DNA of 64,000 nt from Bacteroidia bacterium (lineage in GTDB: Bacteria; Bacteroidota; Bacteroidia; M30B66), in assembly GCA_965279035.1 (NCBI GenBank), contig OZ257142.1, forward strand, positions 4,000,001 to 4,064,000, in the 5' to 3' direction. Made by a program: the position numbers and the translations under genes. Under the pieces are notes generated by a model. It did not search any database. It had not been told where the DNA came from and worked only from the letters and a program-made list of their open reading frames with translations. Below, piece after piece: positions 20,716 through 29,855 of the stretch. The first letter of the stretch is position 1; each line of letters opens with the position of its first letter.

Positions 20716-20895
20716 GTTTTATACATATTTAATGACAGGAATCGCAACCCTTATCTTTCTTCGCTGGACGAAGTGAAACAACTAATTTCCTCCCTAACCA
20801 TATCGCCGCGAAGCCAACAATCACAAAAACCAAGACCGTTTGCATGAGTCAAAGTTAGGAATTTGCCCTAATTTCGCAGCCCAAATCACGAATTC

Positions 20896-22881
20896 ATGCA
20901 ATTAAGCTTCAAGCGCAACGGCAAAAGCGACGAACTTCTACTTCATATATATAGAGAGCTGGTTTATCCTCGAATGATCGAGGAAAAAATGCTCAACCTC
21001 CTCCGTCAAGGAAAAATTTCCAAATGGTTCTCTGGTATCGGACAAGAAGCCATCTCTGTAGGAACAGTAGTAGCCATGGACAAAGAAGAATACATTCTTC
21101 CCATGCACCGAAACCTCGCCATCTTCACCGGTCGGGGTATGCCTTTCCACCAACTTTTCACCCAATGGCAAGGTAAATTCAACGGATACTCCAAAGGTCG
21201 CGAACGCTCTTTCCATTTTGGATCAGCTCCTCATAAAGTAGTTGGAATGATTTCCCACCTCGGACCTCAACTTGGACTAGCCGACGGAATCGCGCTCGCA
21301 CACAAACTCCGCAAAGAGAAAAACGTCACTGCAGTCTTTACAGGCGATGGTGGAGCCAGTCAAGGCGATTTTCATGAATCAGTGAACGTTGCTGCCGTGT
21401 GGGATTTACCAGTAATCTTTATCATCGAAAATAACGGATACGGACTTTCCACGCCTAGCAACGAACAGTTCCGCTTTAACTCTTTTACCGAAAAAGGTCC
21501 AGGTTATGGCATTCCTGCTCGACAAGTAGATGGCAACAATGTGCTCGATGTGTATGATGCCGTTCAGGAAATCCGCACCGACATTCAGAAAAATCCTCGT
21601 CCTTGGTTACTCGAATGTATGACCTTTCGCATGCGTGGACACGAAGAAGCCTCCGGAACCAAGTATGTTCCTCAGGAATTATTCGAACTCTGGGGCAAGA
21701 AAGATCCTGTGGTGAATTACGAAGCCTGGCTTTTACAAGAAGGAGTGCTAACAGATGAAACCCTTGCTATCATTCGTGCTGAGTTCAAAAAAACAATCGA
21801 AGAAGGAGTTGCCATCACTTTTGCTGAACCCGAAATTACTCCCGACACCGCCTACGAATTATCCGATGTGTATGCACCATTCTTGAGTCAATCTCATGCG
21901 CCTGCATCTGAGTCGAAAACCGACAAACGTTTGATTGACGCCATCTCAGACGGATTAGCGCTGGCTATGGAGAAACACCCGAATCTCGTCCTAATGGGAC
22001 AGGATATTGCCGAGTATGGTGGTGTTTTCAAAATCACCGAAGGATTTGTAGAACGTTTTGGAAAAGACCGCGTGCGCAATACACCTCTATGTGAAGCAGC
22101 CATCGTAGGAAGTAGCCTCGGTCTTTCAATTAACGGCATGAAAGCCATGATGGAAATGCAGTTTGCCGATTTCGTTACGGAAGGCTTTAATCAAATCGTG
22201 AATAATCTTGCAAAAAGCCATTACCGCTGGGGACAACATGCCGATGTAGTCGTTCGTATGCCAACCGGTGCTGGTGTTGCGGCTGGACCCTTTCATAGTC
22301 AAAGCAATGAAGCTTGGTTTACCCATACGCCCGGCTTGAAAGTCGTTTATCCGGCATTTCCAAATGATGCCAAAGGCTTGTTGCTGGCTTCGTTTGAAGA
22401 TCCGAATCCTGTCATGTTCTTTGAGCACAAGGCACTATATCGTAGTATTTCAGAACCGGTGTACGACGACTATTTCACCATCGAAATTGGAAAAGCCAAT
22501 CTGCTCCGTGAAGGAAAAGATGTTTCTATCATCACCTATGGTTTTGGAGTTCATTGGGCTTTGGATGTGTTAAATAAGCACCCAGAAATAAACGCCGACT
22601 TACTCGATTTGCGCACCTTGTTACCTTTCGATGAAGAAGCAATTTTAGCTTCAGTAAAGAAAACGGGACGTGTCATTATCCTCCATGAAGACTGTCTCAC
22701 CGGAGGAATTGGTGGAGAAATCGCCGCACGTATCAGTGAAAAATGTTTTGAGTATCTTGATGCGCCTGTTGTTCGTTCGGCAAGTCTCGATACTCCTGTT
22801 CCATTTTCTTCGGTACTCGAACAGAATTTCTTGCCTAAAGGACGATTCGAACAACAATTACTTGATCTCATCTCCTATTAA
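20896..22881 (+). CDS. 2-oxoacid (probably branched-chain) dehydrogenase E1, fused alpha/beta
   Basis: TPP motif GDGG...ENN, FRMRGHEE, RVRNTPLCE, EMQFADF, FHSQS, DLRTL. Confidence 0.93.
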   Translation: MQLSFKRNGKSDELLLHIYRELVYPRMIEEKMLNLLRQGKISKWFSGIGQEAISVGTVVAMDKEEYILPMHRNLAIFTGRGMPFHQLFTQWQGKFNGYSKGRERSFHFGSAPHKVVGMISHLGPQLGLADGIALAHKLRKEKNVTAVFTGDGGASQGDFHESVNVAAVWDLPVIFIIENNGYGLSTPSNEQFRFNSFTEKGPGYGIPARQVDGNNVLDVYDAVQEIRTDIQKNPRPWLLECMTFRMRGHEEASGTKYVPQELFELWGKKDPVVNYEAWLLQEGVLTDETLAIIRAEFKKTIEEGVAITFAEPEITPDTAYELSDVYAPFLSQSHAPASESKTDKRLIDAISDGLALAMEKHPNLVLMGQDIAEYGGVFKITEGFVERFGKDRVRNTPLCEAAIVGSSLGLSINGMKAMMEMQFADFVTEGFNQIVNNLAKSHYRWGQHADVVVRMPTGAGVAAGPFHSQSNEAWFTHTPGLKVVYPAFPNDAKGLLLASFEDPNPVMFFEHKALYRSISEPVYDDYFTIEIGKANLLREGKDVSIITYGFGVHWALDVLNKHPEINADLLDLRTLLPFDEEAILASVKKTGRVIILHEDCLTGGIGGEIAARISEKCFEYLDAPVVRSASLDTPVPFSSVLEQNFLPKGRFEQQLLDLISY

Positions 22882-23769
22882 ATGACCTTACTCGAAGTCG
22901 ATTCACTGCTTAAGCGGTACGGAAAAAACACCGCTGTGAACGGGGTGAGTTTTCGTGTAGAAAAAGGACAGGTGTTCGGATTACTCGGACCCAACGGAAG
23001 CGGAAAAACCACGCTGCTCGGATGTTTAACTGGAATATTGCTCGCCGACCAAGGGAGTTTTAGCTGGTTTGGGAATGAAGATTTTTCATCTGCCCGTAAA
23101 CGCATTGGAGCCTTAATCGAAACGCCCAATTTCTATCCATACTTAAGCGCGTGGAAGAACCTCGAGATTGTTGCAAAAATAAAAGGCTGCGAGCTTTCAC
23201 GAATTGATGTGGTATTAAAGGAAGTGGAATTGTTTGATCGGAAGAACGATGCGTTCAAAACTTTTTCGCTTGGGATGAAACAACGTCTCGCCATTGCAGG
23301 TGCTATGTTGAGTGATCCAGAAATTCTCGTGCTCGATGAACCAACAAACGGCCTCGATCCACAGGGAATTAACGAGATACGTCAGTTAATTCTTCGCCAA
23401 AAAGCCAATGGAAAAACCATCGTACTCGCGAGCCATTTGCTCAATGAAGTAGAAAAAGTGTGTACAGATGTGGTTATCCTCAAAAAAGGAAATGTCATTA
23501 GCAGCGGTCGCGTAGAACAATTGCTTACAGATAGCAAACGCATTGAGTTGGGTACCGAAAATTTAGCCGCACTTCGAAACGCAATCCAAACGTTTGAGGG
23601 AATAAGTAATGTTCAGGAACGCAATGGTTTCTTGATTGCCGATTTAGCCGAATCGCTTGATGCTGCTACAGTGAACAAACAATTGCAAGAGAAAGGAATC
23701 CTGTTGAATCACCTGGTATTGGTGAAATCGGATTTAGAAAGTGAATTCTTAAAATTGGTGCAGAAATGA
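22882..23769 (+). CDS. ABC transporter ATP-binding protein
   Basis: GPNGSGKT, FSLGMKQR, LVLDEPTNGLD, H-loop SH. Confidence 0.95.
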   Translation: MTLLEVDSLLKRYGKNTAVNGVSFRVEKGQVFGLLGPNGSGKTTLLGCLTGILLADQGSFSWFGNEDFSSARKRIGALIETPNFYPYLSAWKNLEIVAKIKGCELSRIDVVLKEVELFDRKNDAFKTFSLGMKQRLAIAGAMLSDPEILVLDEPTNGLDPQGINEIRQLILRQKANGKTIVLASHLLNEVEKVCTDVVILKKGNVISSGRVEQLLTDSKRIELGTENLAALRNAIQTFEGISNVQERNGFLIADLAESLDAATVNKQLQEKGILLNHLVLVKSDLESEFLKLVQK

Positions 23770-24530
23770 AAAGGCTACTCCAAATCGAATGGCTGAAACT
23801 AGCCAGCTACCGCACCTTTTACGTGTTCACCGGATTTTATGTCCTGTTGATTTTTTCGGTGTATTATGGATTTGATAAAATCATTCACATTGGTTTACTC
23901 GACCTCAGTGTCGTATATAAGTTTCCGAATGTGTGGTATTATATTGCCTATGTATCGAGCTGGTTTGCCCCGGTGCTTGGGCTACTCATGATCAATCTCG
24001 TTTCGAATGAATTTTCCTTTCGCACATTAAGACAACACATTATCGATGGACTTTCACGCGAAGAGATTTTAAAAAGTAAATTGCTATTAGCTGGAGTCAT
24101 TAGCATTGGTGCCGGTTTGGTGGCATTACTGAGCGGCCTTATTTTCGGTTTTATCAAAGGTGGTGGCGCCAATTCGGGTGACATTTTCAGCGAAATGGGC
24201 TATTTGCTCCGAGCCATGTGGGTGTGTTTTGGCTTGATGACTGCCGCCATATTAATCAGTCTATTGGTTCGTCGCTCGGCACTATCCATTTTAATTTTCA
24301 TCGCCCTTTACTGGATTGTAGAACCGATTATTGGTCGAGCTTGGCTCAGTGATTTCTATCCGTATTTCCCCCTCAACAGCCTCGACGAATTCATCTCCTC
24401 TCCCATCAGTTTCGAATCGGTGAGTTTTGGCAAACAAACAACACCCCAAGGCGTAAATATCGCCGCCATCATTTACCCAATCCTGTTTATTCTCGCCTCT
24501 TGGAGGTTGATTAAGACGAAGGATTTATAG
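23766..24530 (+). CDS. ABC-2 type permease
   Basis: LLQIEWLK start, NEFSFRTLRQHIIDGLSR, about 6 TM segments; ATGA overlap. Confidence 0.88.
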   Translation: MKRLLQIEWLKLASYRTFYVFTGFYVLLIFSVYYGFDKIIHIGLLDLSVVYKFPNVWYYIAYVSSWFAPVLGLLMINLVSNEFSFRTLRQHIIDGLSREEILKSKLLLAGVISIGAGLVALLSGLIFGFIKGGGANSGDIFSEMGYLLRAMWVCFGLMTAAILISLLVRRSALSILIFIALYWIVEPIIGRAWLSDFYPYFPLNSLDEFISSPISFESVSFGKQTTPQGVNIAAIIYPILFILASWRLIKTKDL

Positions 24531-24667
24531 AGTCGATTTACGATCGCTTCGCTGTACGATATACGTTTTACGAGAAAAACTGCTGGATTAATTCAACTAG
24601 TTATTTGAATTTCATTTTCACCAAAATGCTTGTTCTACGTAAACTAAATCAAATAGCTAATCTCTAA

Positions 24668-24802
24668 CACCCTCGGACTGAAGTCCGAGGCTACAGTTCA
24701 CACATGCTAGATTCGTTATACGAACACTCAAGCACATTGCTAATTTCTACCATCCGCACCCTCGGACTTCAGTCCGAGGCTACTATTCACACATGCTAGA
24801 TT
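24668..24802. repeat. Two direct copies of a REP-like unit CACCCTCGGAC(TGAA/TTCA)GTCCGAGGCTAC..TTCACACATGCTAGATT
   Basis: Perfect palindromes at 24671-24690 and 24760-24779, each followed by CTAC (GTAG on the minus strand). Confidence 0.88.
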
Positions 24803-24957
24803 AGAGCGGGGCTGAGGTCACCATTAGTTTGGTATACAATATCCAAGAAAATCAACAAAGTCTCTTTCACCCTCCCATTCGTTCTTTCAATAAAAAGCCT
24901 ATTTTTGCCGCGCTTTGAGTATTCAAAAATACCGGCCTTAACCCGCTGCCATGGACG

Positions 24958-25890
24958 ATGATTACGATCTTCAAAACCGCAAACCGCAGACTGGAAGAAA
25001 TTCAGAAGCCGGAGCCCGGTTGCTGGGTAAACGTTGTAGACCCGAGTGACGAAGAGCTCGCTTGGCTTATCAAGGAATTTCCTTGGGCTGAAGAATACCA
25101 CCTCGACCCTTTAGATATTGACGAAAAAGCCCGCGCCGAACGCGACGAGGATGTGCTTTTTACCTTGATAAAAATCCCGCATTTTCAAGGTAAGAAAGAC
25201 GAAGCTCCCTTTGTAACCATCCCCATGGGTGTGATTCAAAACAACGATTACTTTATCACCATTACCAAGGAAGATAATGTGATTGTGAATGAGTTTGAGA
25301 ATAACCGGGTGAAGAATCTCCAAACGCAGAAACATTATCGCTTTTTGCTTTTGATTCTTCTCAAAACGGCTACGAAATTTCTAGCTCACCTCCGCGAAAT
25401 CAACAAAACAGTCGACCAAATTGAGGACGATTTGCAGCTCAGCATGCGGAATCAGGATATTTTCGATTTGTTGAAATATCAGAAAGTACTCATCTACTAC
25501 ACCACGGCTTTGAAGTCGAACGAGTTGATGATGGCGCGTTTGAATCGATTGCAGTTGTTACGCACTTATGAAGAAGATGAAGAGTTGTTTCAGGATGTTG
25601 TGACCGAATTCCAACAGGCCATTGAGATGACCAACATTGCCAATAACATCTTGTTGCAGATGACTTCGGCTTATGCCAGTATCATCAATAACAACATGAA
25701 TAAAATCATCAAAACCCTGACGCTGATTACGATTGTGCTATATGTACCGACCTTGATTTCAAGCTTTTTTGGGATGAATGTGATTATTCCCGGACAAACA
25801 TCGGGATCGGCCTTTGCCTGGATTTTAGGAATTTCGCTCACTTTGAGTGCGACTATCCTGTTTATCTTTATGCGTAGACGTTGGTTTTAA
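24958..25890 (+). CDS. corA: CorA-family Mg2+/Co2+ transporter
   Basis: Two C-terminal TMs with the GMN signature (FFGMNV); TATTTTTG box at 24900-24907. Confidence 0.92.
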   Translation: MITIFKTANRRLEEIQKPEPGCWVNVVDPSDEELAWLIKEFPWAEEYHLDPLDIDEKARAERDEDVLFTLIKIPHFQGKKDEAPFVTIPMGVIQNNDYFITITKEDNVIVNEFENNRVKNLQTQKHYRFLLLILLKTATKFLAHLREINKTVDQIEDDLQLSMRNQDIFDLLKYQKVLIYYTTALKSNELMMARLNRLQLLRTYEEDEELFQDVVTEFQQAIEMTNIANNILLQMTSAYASIINNNMNKIIKTLTLITIVLYVPTLISSFFGMNVIIPGQTSGSAFAWILGISLTLSATILFIFMRRRWF

Positions 25891-26987
25891 TGCAAGGACG
25901 CTATTTCCAGGAAGGATTAAATGAAACACTGGTTGAAGTAGAGATTAAACCTCAACTTCTCCGATTTCAATCGGGTTCTAAACTAAAAGAACTGCGCGTC
26001 TCTGATATTATCGAAGTAAGTTATCCCGGAAAGAATCGCGCATTAGTAAGTTTTCAAGGTGGATCACTTTTGCTCGAAGCACCCAATATTCAAGGAACAC
26101 TTCGTCATTTCTTAGGAAGTTTTAACGAGAAAGTAAGTATTGCTGATCGCTGGAAAGGTCGTGGTTTATGGATTTTGCTCATTGTTGGAAGCAGCTTTAT
26201 TGGAATTCTGCTATTGGCGTATTTCCTATTGCTTCCTTGGTTAGCTGATCAAGCGGCGATTCATTTTCCCAAGGATCAGGAAATTGCATTAGGCAAAGAA
26301 CTCAAAGCCAGTTACCTCTCAACTGAACGGATTGATAGCTCTAAAACCAAACTGCTAAACGATTTTGCCAGCCAACTCGATTTGGGAAAGGATTTCCCCA
26401 GTGATTACACGGTGGTAGATGCCGATATCGTGAATGCCTATGCCTTGCCGGGTGGACCGATTGTGGTGTATTCGGGTATTATCAATCGCATGGAAAATTG
26501 GCAAGAACTTGCTGGCTTGCTTGCCCACGAAAGAACCCATGTATTACGCCATCATTCAACACGAAGTCTTTTTAGAAATGCATCGGGCGTTTTGATGCTT
26601 CAATTGGTTTTGGGCGATGCTTCTTCTACACTCAACCTGTTTGCACAACAAGGACAGCAATTGCAACAACTCGCCTACTCGCGCGACTTAGAGCTCGAAG
26701 CCGACCGCGAAGGATTGCAGCTTTTGGTGAAAAATCACATCAATCCCCAAGGCATGATAAGCCTTTTGGAAAAGTTGAAAAAAGAAAGCAGCAGCTCCGA
26801 ATTTCCCGAATTCCTAAGCACACATCCTCTTCCCGATTCTCGACTAGATGCCTTGAAAAAATTAGTCGACGAACATCCCGAAAAAGATTCGAATCCAAGG
26901 CTCGACTCGATTTGGCTGCGTTTGAAAAATCCTTCCCCTTCCCCTTCCCCTTCGACAAGCTCAGGGGGCGGTGGTGGGGAATTCTAG
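25890..26987 (+). CDS. M48-family zinc metallopeptidase
   Basis: NAYALPGG, LAHERTH (HExxH), YSRDLELEAD, FLSTHP; start ATG 25890 overlaps the corA stop (TAATG). Confidence 0.9.
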   Translation: MQGRYFQEGLNETLVEVEIKPQLLRFQSGSKLKELRVSDIIEVSYPGKNRALVSFQGGSLLLEAPNIQGTLRHFLGSFNEKVSIADRWKGRGLWILLIVGSSFIGILLLAYFLLLPWLADQAAIHFPKDQEIALGKELKASYLSTERIDSSKTKLLNDFASQLDLGKDFPSDYTVVDADIVNAYALPGGPIVVYSGIINRMENWQELAGLLAHERTHVLRHHSTRSLFRNASGVLMLQLVLGDASSTLNLFAQQGQQLQQLAYSRDLELEADREGLQLLVKNHINPQGMISLLEKLKKESSSSEFPEFLSTHPLPDSRLDALKKLVDEHPEKDSNPRLDSIWLRLKNPSPSPSPSTSSGGGGGEF

Positions 26988-27094
26988 GATATTGATGGGT
27001 GCGACTCGTCGCCTGAGCCTGTCGAAGGGGGCGGTGGTGGGGAATTCTAGGATATTGATGGGTGCGACTCGCCCCCTGAGCCTGTCGAAGGGGG
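26931..27094. repeat. CCTTCC microsatellite plus CTTCGACAAGCTCAG / CTGAGCCTGTCGAAG inverted element with a 63-bp tandem duplication
   Basis: AATTCTAG recurs at 26980 and 27043. One forward arm (about 26947-26968) and two inverted arms (about 27012-27031, 27072-27094). Confidence 0.88.
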
Positions 27095-27886
27095 CTAGCG
27101 TTCTAGAATATAATACGCCGTAGTACTCACAAAATCTCGAAACCAAGGAATCCAAGTAATAGGTGCAAACTGCGGACGTGGAGTCCATTTAAATTTAAAA
27201 CGGTAGATGGGATTGATGAGATACAATCGACGATGATGGATGGTATATCCCGTTTTTTTGAGGATGTATTCAAAACGGTTGATGGAAATACGGGTATCGT
27301 AAATTTCTAACAGCGAATCGATTGTAGCTTGTGGTTCACCTACTTTTCGTAAAAAGCGCTCGTACATCGACCGAGGTAAAAGGTGCATCCACGGCATTTG
27401 ACCTTTTTTAGTAGTCGATGTTTGCTGATGTCCGCCAAAAGGCATTCTCCACGGTGGAAAGGCGAAGAATAATTTCCCTCCTTCTTTCAAATAGACTGGC
27501 AATTGAGCCATGACTTTTTCCTGATCGGGAATGTGTTCGATGGTGTCTTTGAGGATGATCAAATCAAACTTTCCACGAAAAGCATCCATGGTCGATTGAT
27601 CATAAATATCGGCTGAGAATAATTGAAGTTTCCCCGATGCAATATCTTCTTCTTGAAGCGCTTTGCCGTTTTCTATCTTAGAAGTAGACAAATCCATTCC
27701 TGTGCAACGACAGCCTTTTTCGGTAAATGCTTTTAAAACTCCCCCTTCGCCACAGCCAATTTCTAGTACAACCATGTTCTCTTTCCAGCCACCATTCTTC
27801 TCCAAATAGGGAATGATGTAGTCGCGTGTGACTAAATACTGATGTTGAAACTTAAGTGGCGCATTGCCATGAAAATAGAGAGCCAT
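27095..27886 (-). CDS. Class I SAM-dependent methyltransferase
   Basis: VLEIGCGEGG, GMDLS, FDLIILKDTIEH, LKEGG. Confidence 0.9.
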   Translation of the reverse strand: MALYFHGNAPLKFQHQYLVTRDYIIPYLEKNGGWKENMVVLEIGCGEGGVLKAFTEKGCRCTGMDLSTSKIENGKALQEEDIASGKLQLFSADIYDQSTMDAFRGKFDLIILKDTIEHIPDQEKVMAQLPVYLKEGGKLFFAFPPWRMPFGGHQQTSTTKKGQMPWMHLLPRSMYERFLRKVGEPQATIDSLLEIYDTRISINRFEYILKKTGYTIHHRRLYLINPIYRFKFKWTPRPQFAPITWIPWFRDFVSTTAYYILER

Positions 27887-28031
27887 AGTGGAAAATCGGG
27901 ACCGAAGATAGGAGGAATTTGAGCGAGAATGCTAAAATCAAATTCAATCAAAATCGTTGAATGAGCAGCACTTGATTTTAGAAATTGGATACGTTTTCAA
28001 TCTGAGAAATGAGGAACGAATCGATAAAAGA

Positions 28032-28059
28032 AAAGCCCTAGAGGATTTCTAGGGCTTTT
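28032..28059 (-). terminator. Terminator downstream of efp
   Basis: AAAAGCCCTAGA-ggatt-TCTAGGGCTTTT. Confidence 0.8.
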
Positions 28060-28082
28060 GATTTTATAGGTTGAAGCATGAA

Positions 28083-28643
28083 TTACTTCACGCGTTCCAT
28101 GTATTCGCCGGTGCGGGTATCTACTTTGATTTTTTCTCCAATGTTGATGAAAAGTGGAATGTTGATCGTTGCTCCTGTTTCGAGCGTTGCTGGCTTTAAG
28201 GTTTTGGTTGCAGTATCGCCTTTTACGCCAGGCTCTGTGTACGTAACTTCCAATTCAACCGAACGAGGTGCTTCAGCATAAATCACACTGTCCCCTTCGA
28301 AAGCCACATTCACTTCCATGTTTTCTTTCATGAATTTGGCGCTATCACCAAAAAGAATCTCTTCGATATACACTTGTTCGTAGGTATCATTTTCCATACA
28401 AACGAAGTTGTTTCCTTCTTTATATAAGTATTGAAGCGGGCGCATTTCAACACGAACCACTTCAATTTCTTCTCCTGAACGATATCGGTTTTCGGCCAGT
28501 TTACCATTTTTAATGTTGCGCATTTTTGCTTGGTAAAATGCACGTAGGTTTCCCGGTGTACGATGTTGCCATTCAATGATTACGCATAATTCACCATTGT
28601 AGCGAATAAAAGTACCAACCGAAACGTCTTGTGTAGTAGCCAT
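28083..28643 (-). CDS. efp: Elongation factor P (PGN-tip variant)
   Basis: LQYLYKEG, TEPGVKGDTA, KPATLETG, KVDTRTGEY; tip loop HRTPGNLR; TACCTTTG box at 28663-28670. Confidence 0.95.
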   Translation of the reverse strand: MATTQDVSVGTFIRYNGELCVIIEWQHRTPGNLRAFYQAKMRNIKNGKLAENRYRSGEEIEVVRVEMRPLQYLYKEGNNFVCMENDTYEQVYIEEILFGDSAKFMKENMEVNVAFEGDSVIYAEAPRSVELEVTYTEPGVKGDTATKTLKPATLETGATINIPLFINIGEKIKVDTRTGEYMERVK

Positions 28644-28719
28644 ATACTGATTTTAACGGCGGCAAAGGTATGAAAATCCCGCGCTGAGAAATACAATCAC
28701 ACATTTCAGAAAAAATCTT

Positions 28720-29484
28720 TCAGGAAACACGACTCGTATGCTCAAGCATACAATCGCTCAATTGCAGCAATAAAGAAGGATTCTTTTCCAATACATTTCC
28801 TACTACTACCAAATCAGCTCCGGCACGAATTGCATTTCGTAATTTCTCTTCTGTCGTAATTCCACCGCCTACAATTAACGGAATGTTTAACTGTGATCGA
28901 ACTGCCCGAATCATCTCCACAGGAACAGGAATTTCGGCTCCACTGCCCGCTTCAAGATAGATCATCTTCATTCCTAAAAATTGTCCGGCTAATGCTGTTG
29001 CTACTGCGATATCGCTTTTGTCTCTAGGTAATGGCATCGTGTGACTCATATAAGCAACCGATGTAATCTTCCCACTTTCAACCAACATGTAACCTGTAGG
29101 AATAATTTCCAATCCACTGCGCAACAAAGCTGGAGCTGCTGCTACATGTTTTCCAATCAACAATTCTGGATTACGCCCTGAAATCAGCGATAAAAGCAAC
29201 AAAGCATCGGCTTCTGCCGAAATCTGAAGCTCATTCCCAGGAAAAAGAATCACCGGTTTTTCTTGTGATTTTTTGAGCTGAGAAACTGTTTGTGCAAAAG
29301 CATCTGGGCGACTAGTACTTCCCCCGACAAAGAAAAAATCGACTGCACAACGAGCTGCAATCCGGAGCAGTTCATCCAACGCAGAACCTTGCATTTTTCC
29401 TGGATCAATCAAAACAGCCAACATAGGTCGACCTGTTGAACGAATCTGATGAATTGATTGAAGTTGGGTACCCGATTGAATCAT
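28720..29484 (-). CDS. Geranylgeranylglyceryl/heptaprenylglyceryl phosphate synthase (PcrB family)
   Basis: VLIDPGK, FVGGS, ILFPG, SLISGRNPELLIG, IYLEAGSGA, LIVGGGI, VVGN. Confidence 0.92.
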   Translation of the reverse strand: MIQSGTQLQSIHQIRSTGRPMLAVLIDPGKMQGSALDELLRIAARCAVDFFFVGGSTSRPDAFAQTVSQLKKSQEKPVILFPGNELQISAEADALLLLSLISGRNPELLIGKHVAAAPALLRSGLEIIPTGYMLVESGKITSVAYMSHTMPLPRDKSDIAVATALAGQFLGMKMIYLEAGSGAEIPVPVEMIRAVRSQLNIPLIVGGGITTEEKLRNAIRAGADLVVVGNVLEKNPSLLLQLSDCMLEHTSRVS

Positions 29485-29855
29485 TGCTCAAATATACAAT
29501 TCAGATTTTGCTTCTTCTGCTTGAGAACTCTCCAAACTTTTTTTCTCCGAAGAAAGATATTTCTGTAACCCTGTAGACGAATGCCAATAAGCTCTTTCGA
29601 CTTACATGATTTTTCCTGTTGAATATTCGAGCACATACGAATCATTCTTCGACTGAATAAGGCTTTCGAGCCATTTCCATTTTCTCCCATTTCGAAATCA
29701 AGATTATTTCTTACACCTGTCAGCATTGCGTGTATTGCACGCCAGTCGTGGGATTGAGACGAATTTACTTTGTAATGGCAAATAGTGTGAACAATTCAAC
29801 CCTTCACCCAAAACCAATTATGAAACGAAAACTACGCTGAACAATCCGGTCGATT

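Noticed and set aside
20388-20776. ORFs 20388-20627 (-) and 20492-20776 (+, poly-Leu)
   Set aside because: Antisense and frame shadows of the GCT-rich lipoprotein 20434-20667, which has the lipobox, promoter and terminator.
26961-27188. 75-aa ORF with APFDRLR repeats
   Set aside because: Translation of the 63-bp repeat, overlapping the methyltransferase in another frame.
29481-29726. 81-aa basic ORF upstream of the GGGP synthase
   Set aside because: No recognisable motif, and it spans a divergent promoter region including a TAnnTTTG box; cannot be supported, though not strictly excluded.
29838-29840. Selenocysteine or genetic-code reassignment of TGA
   Set aside because: TGA is a normal stop in many genes here, the position is in a signal-peptide region, and no SECIS-like hairpin is evident.
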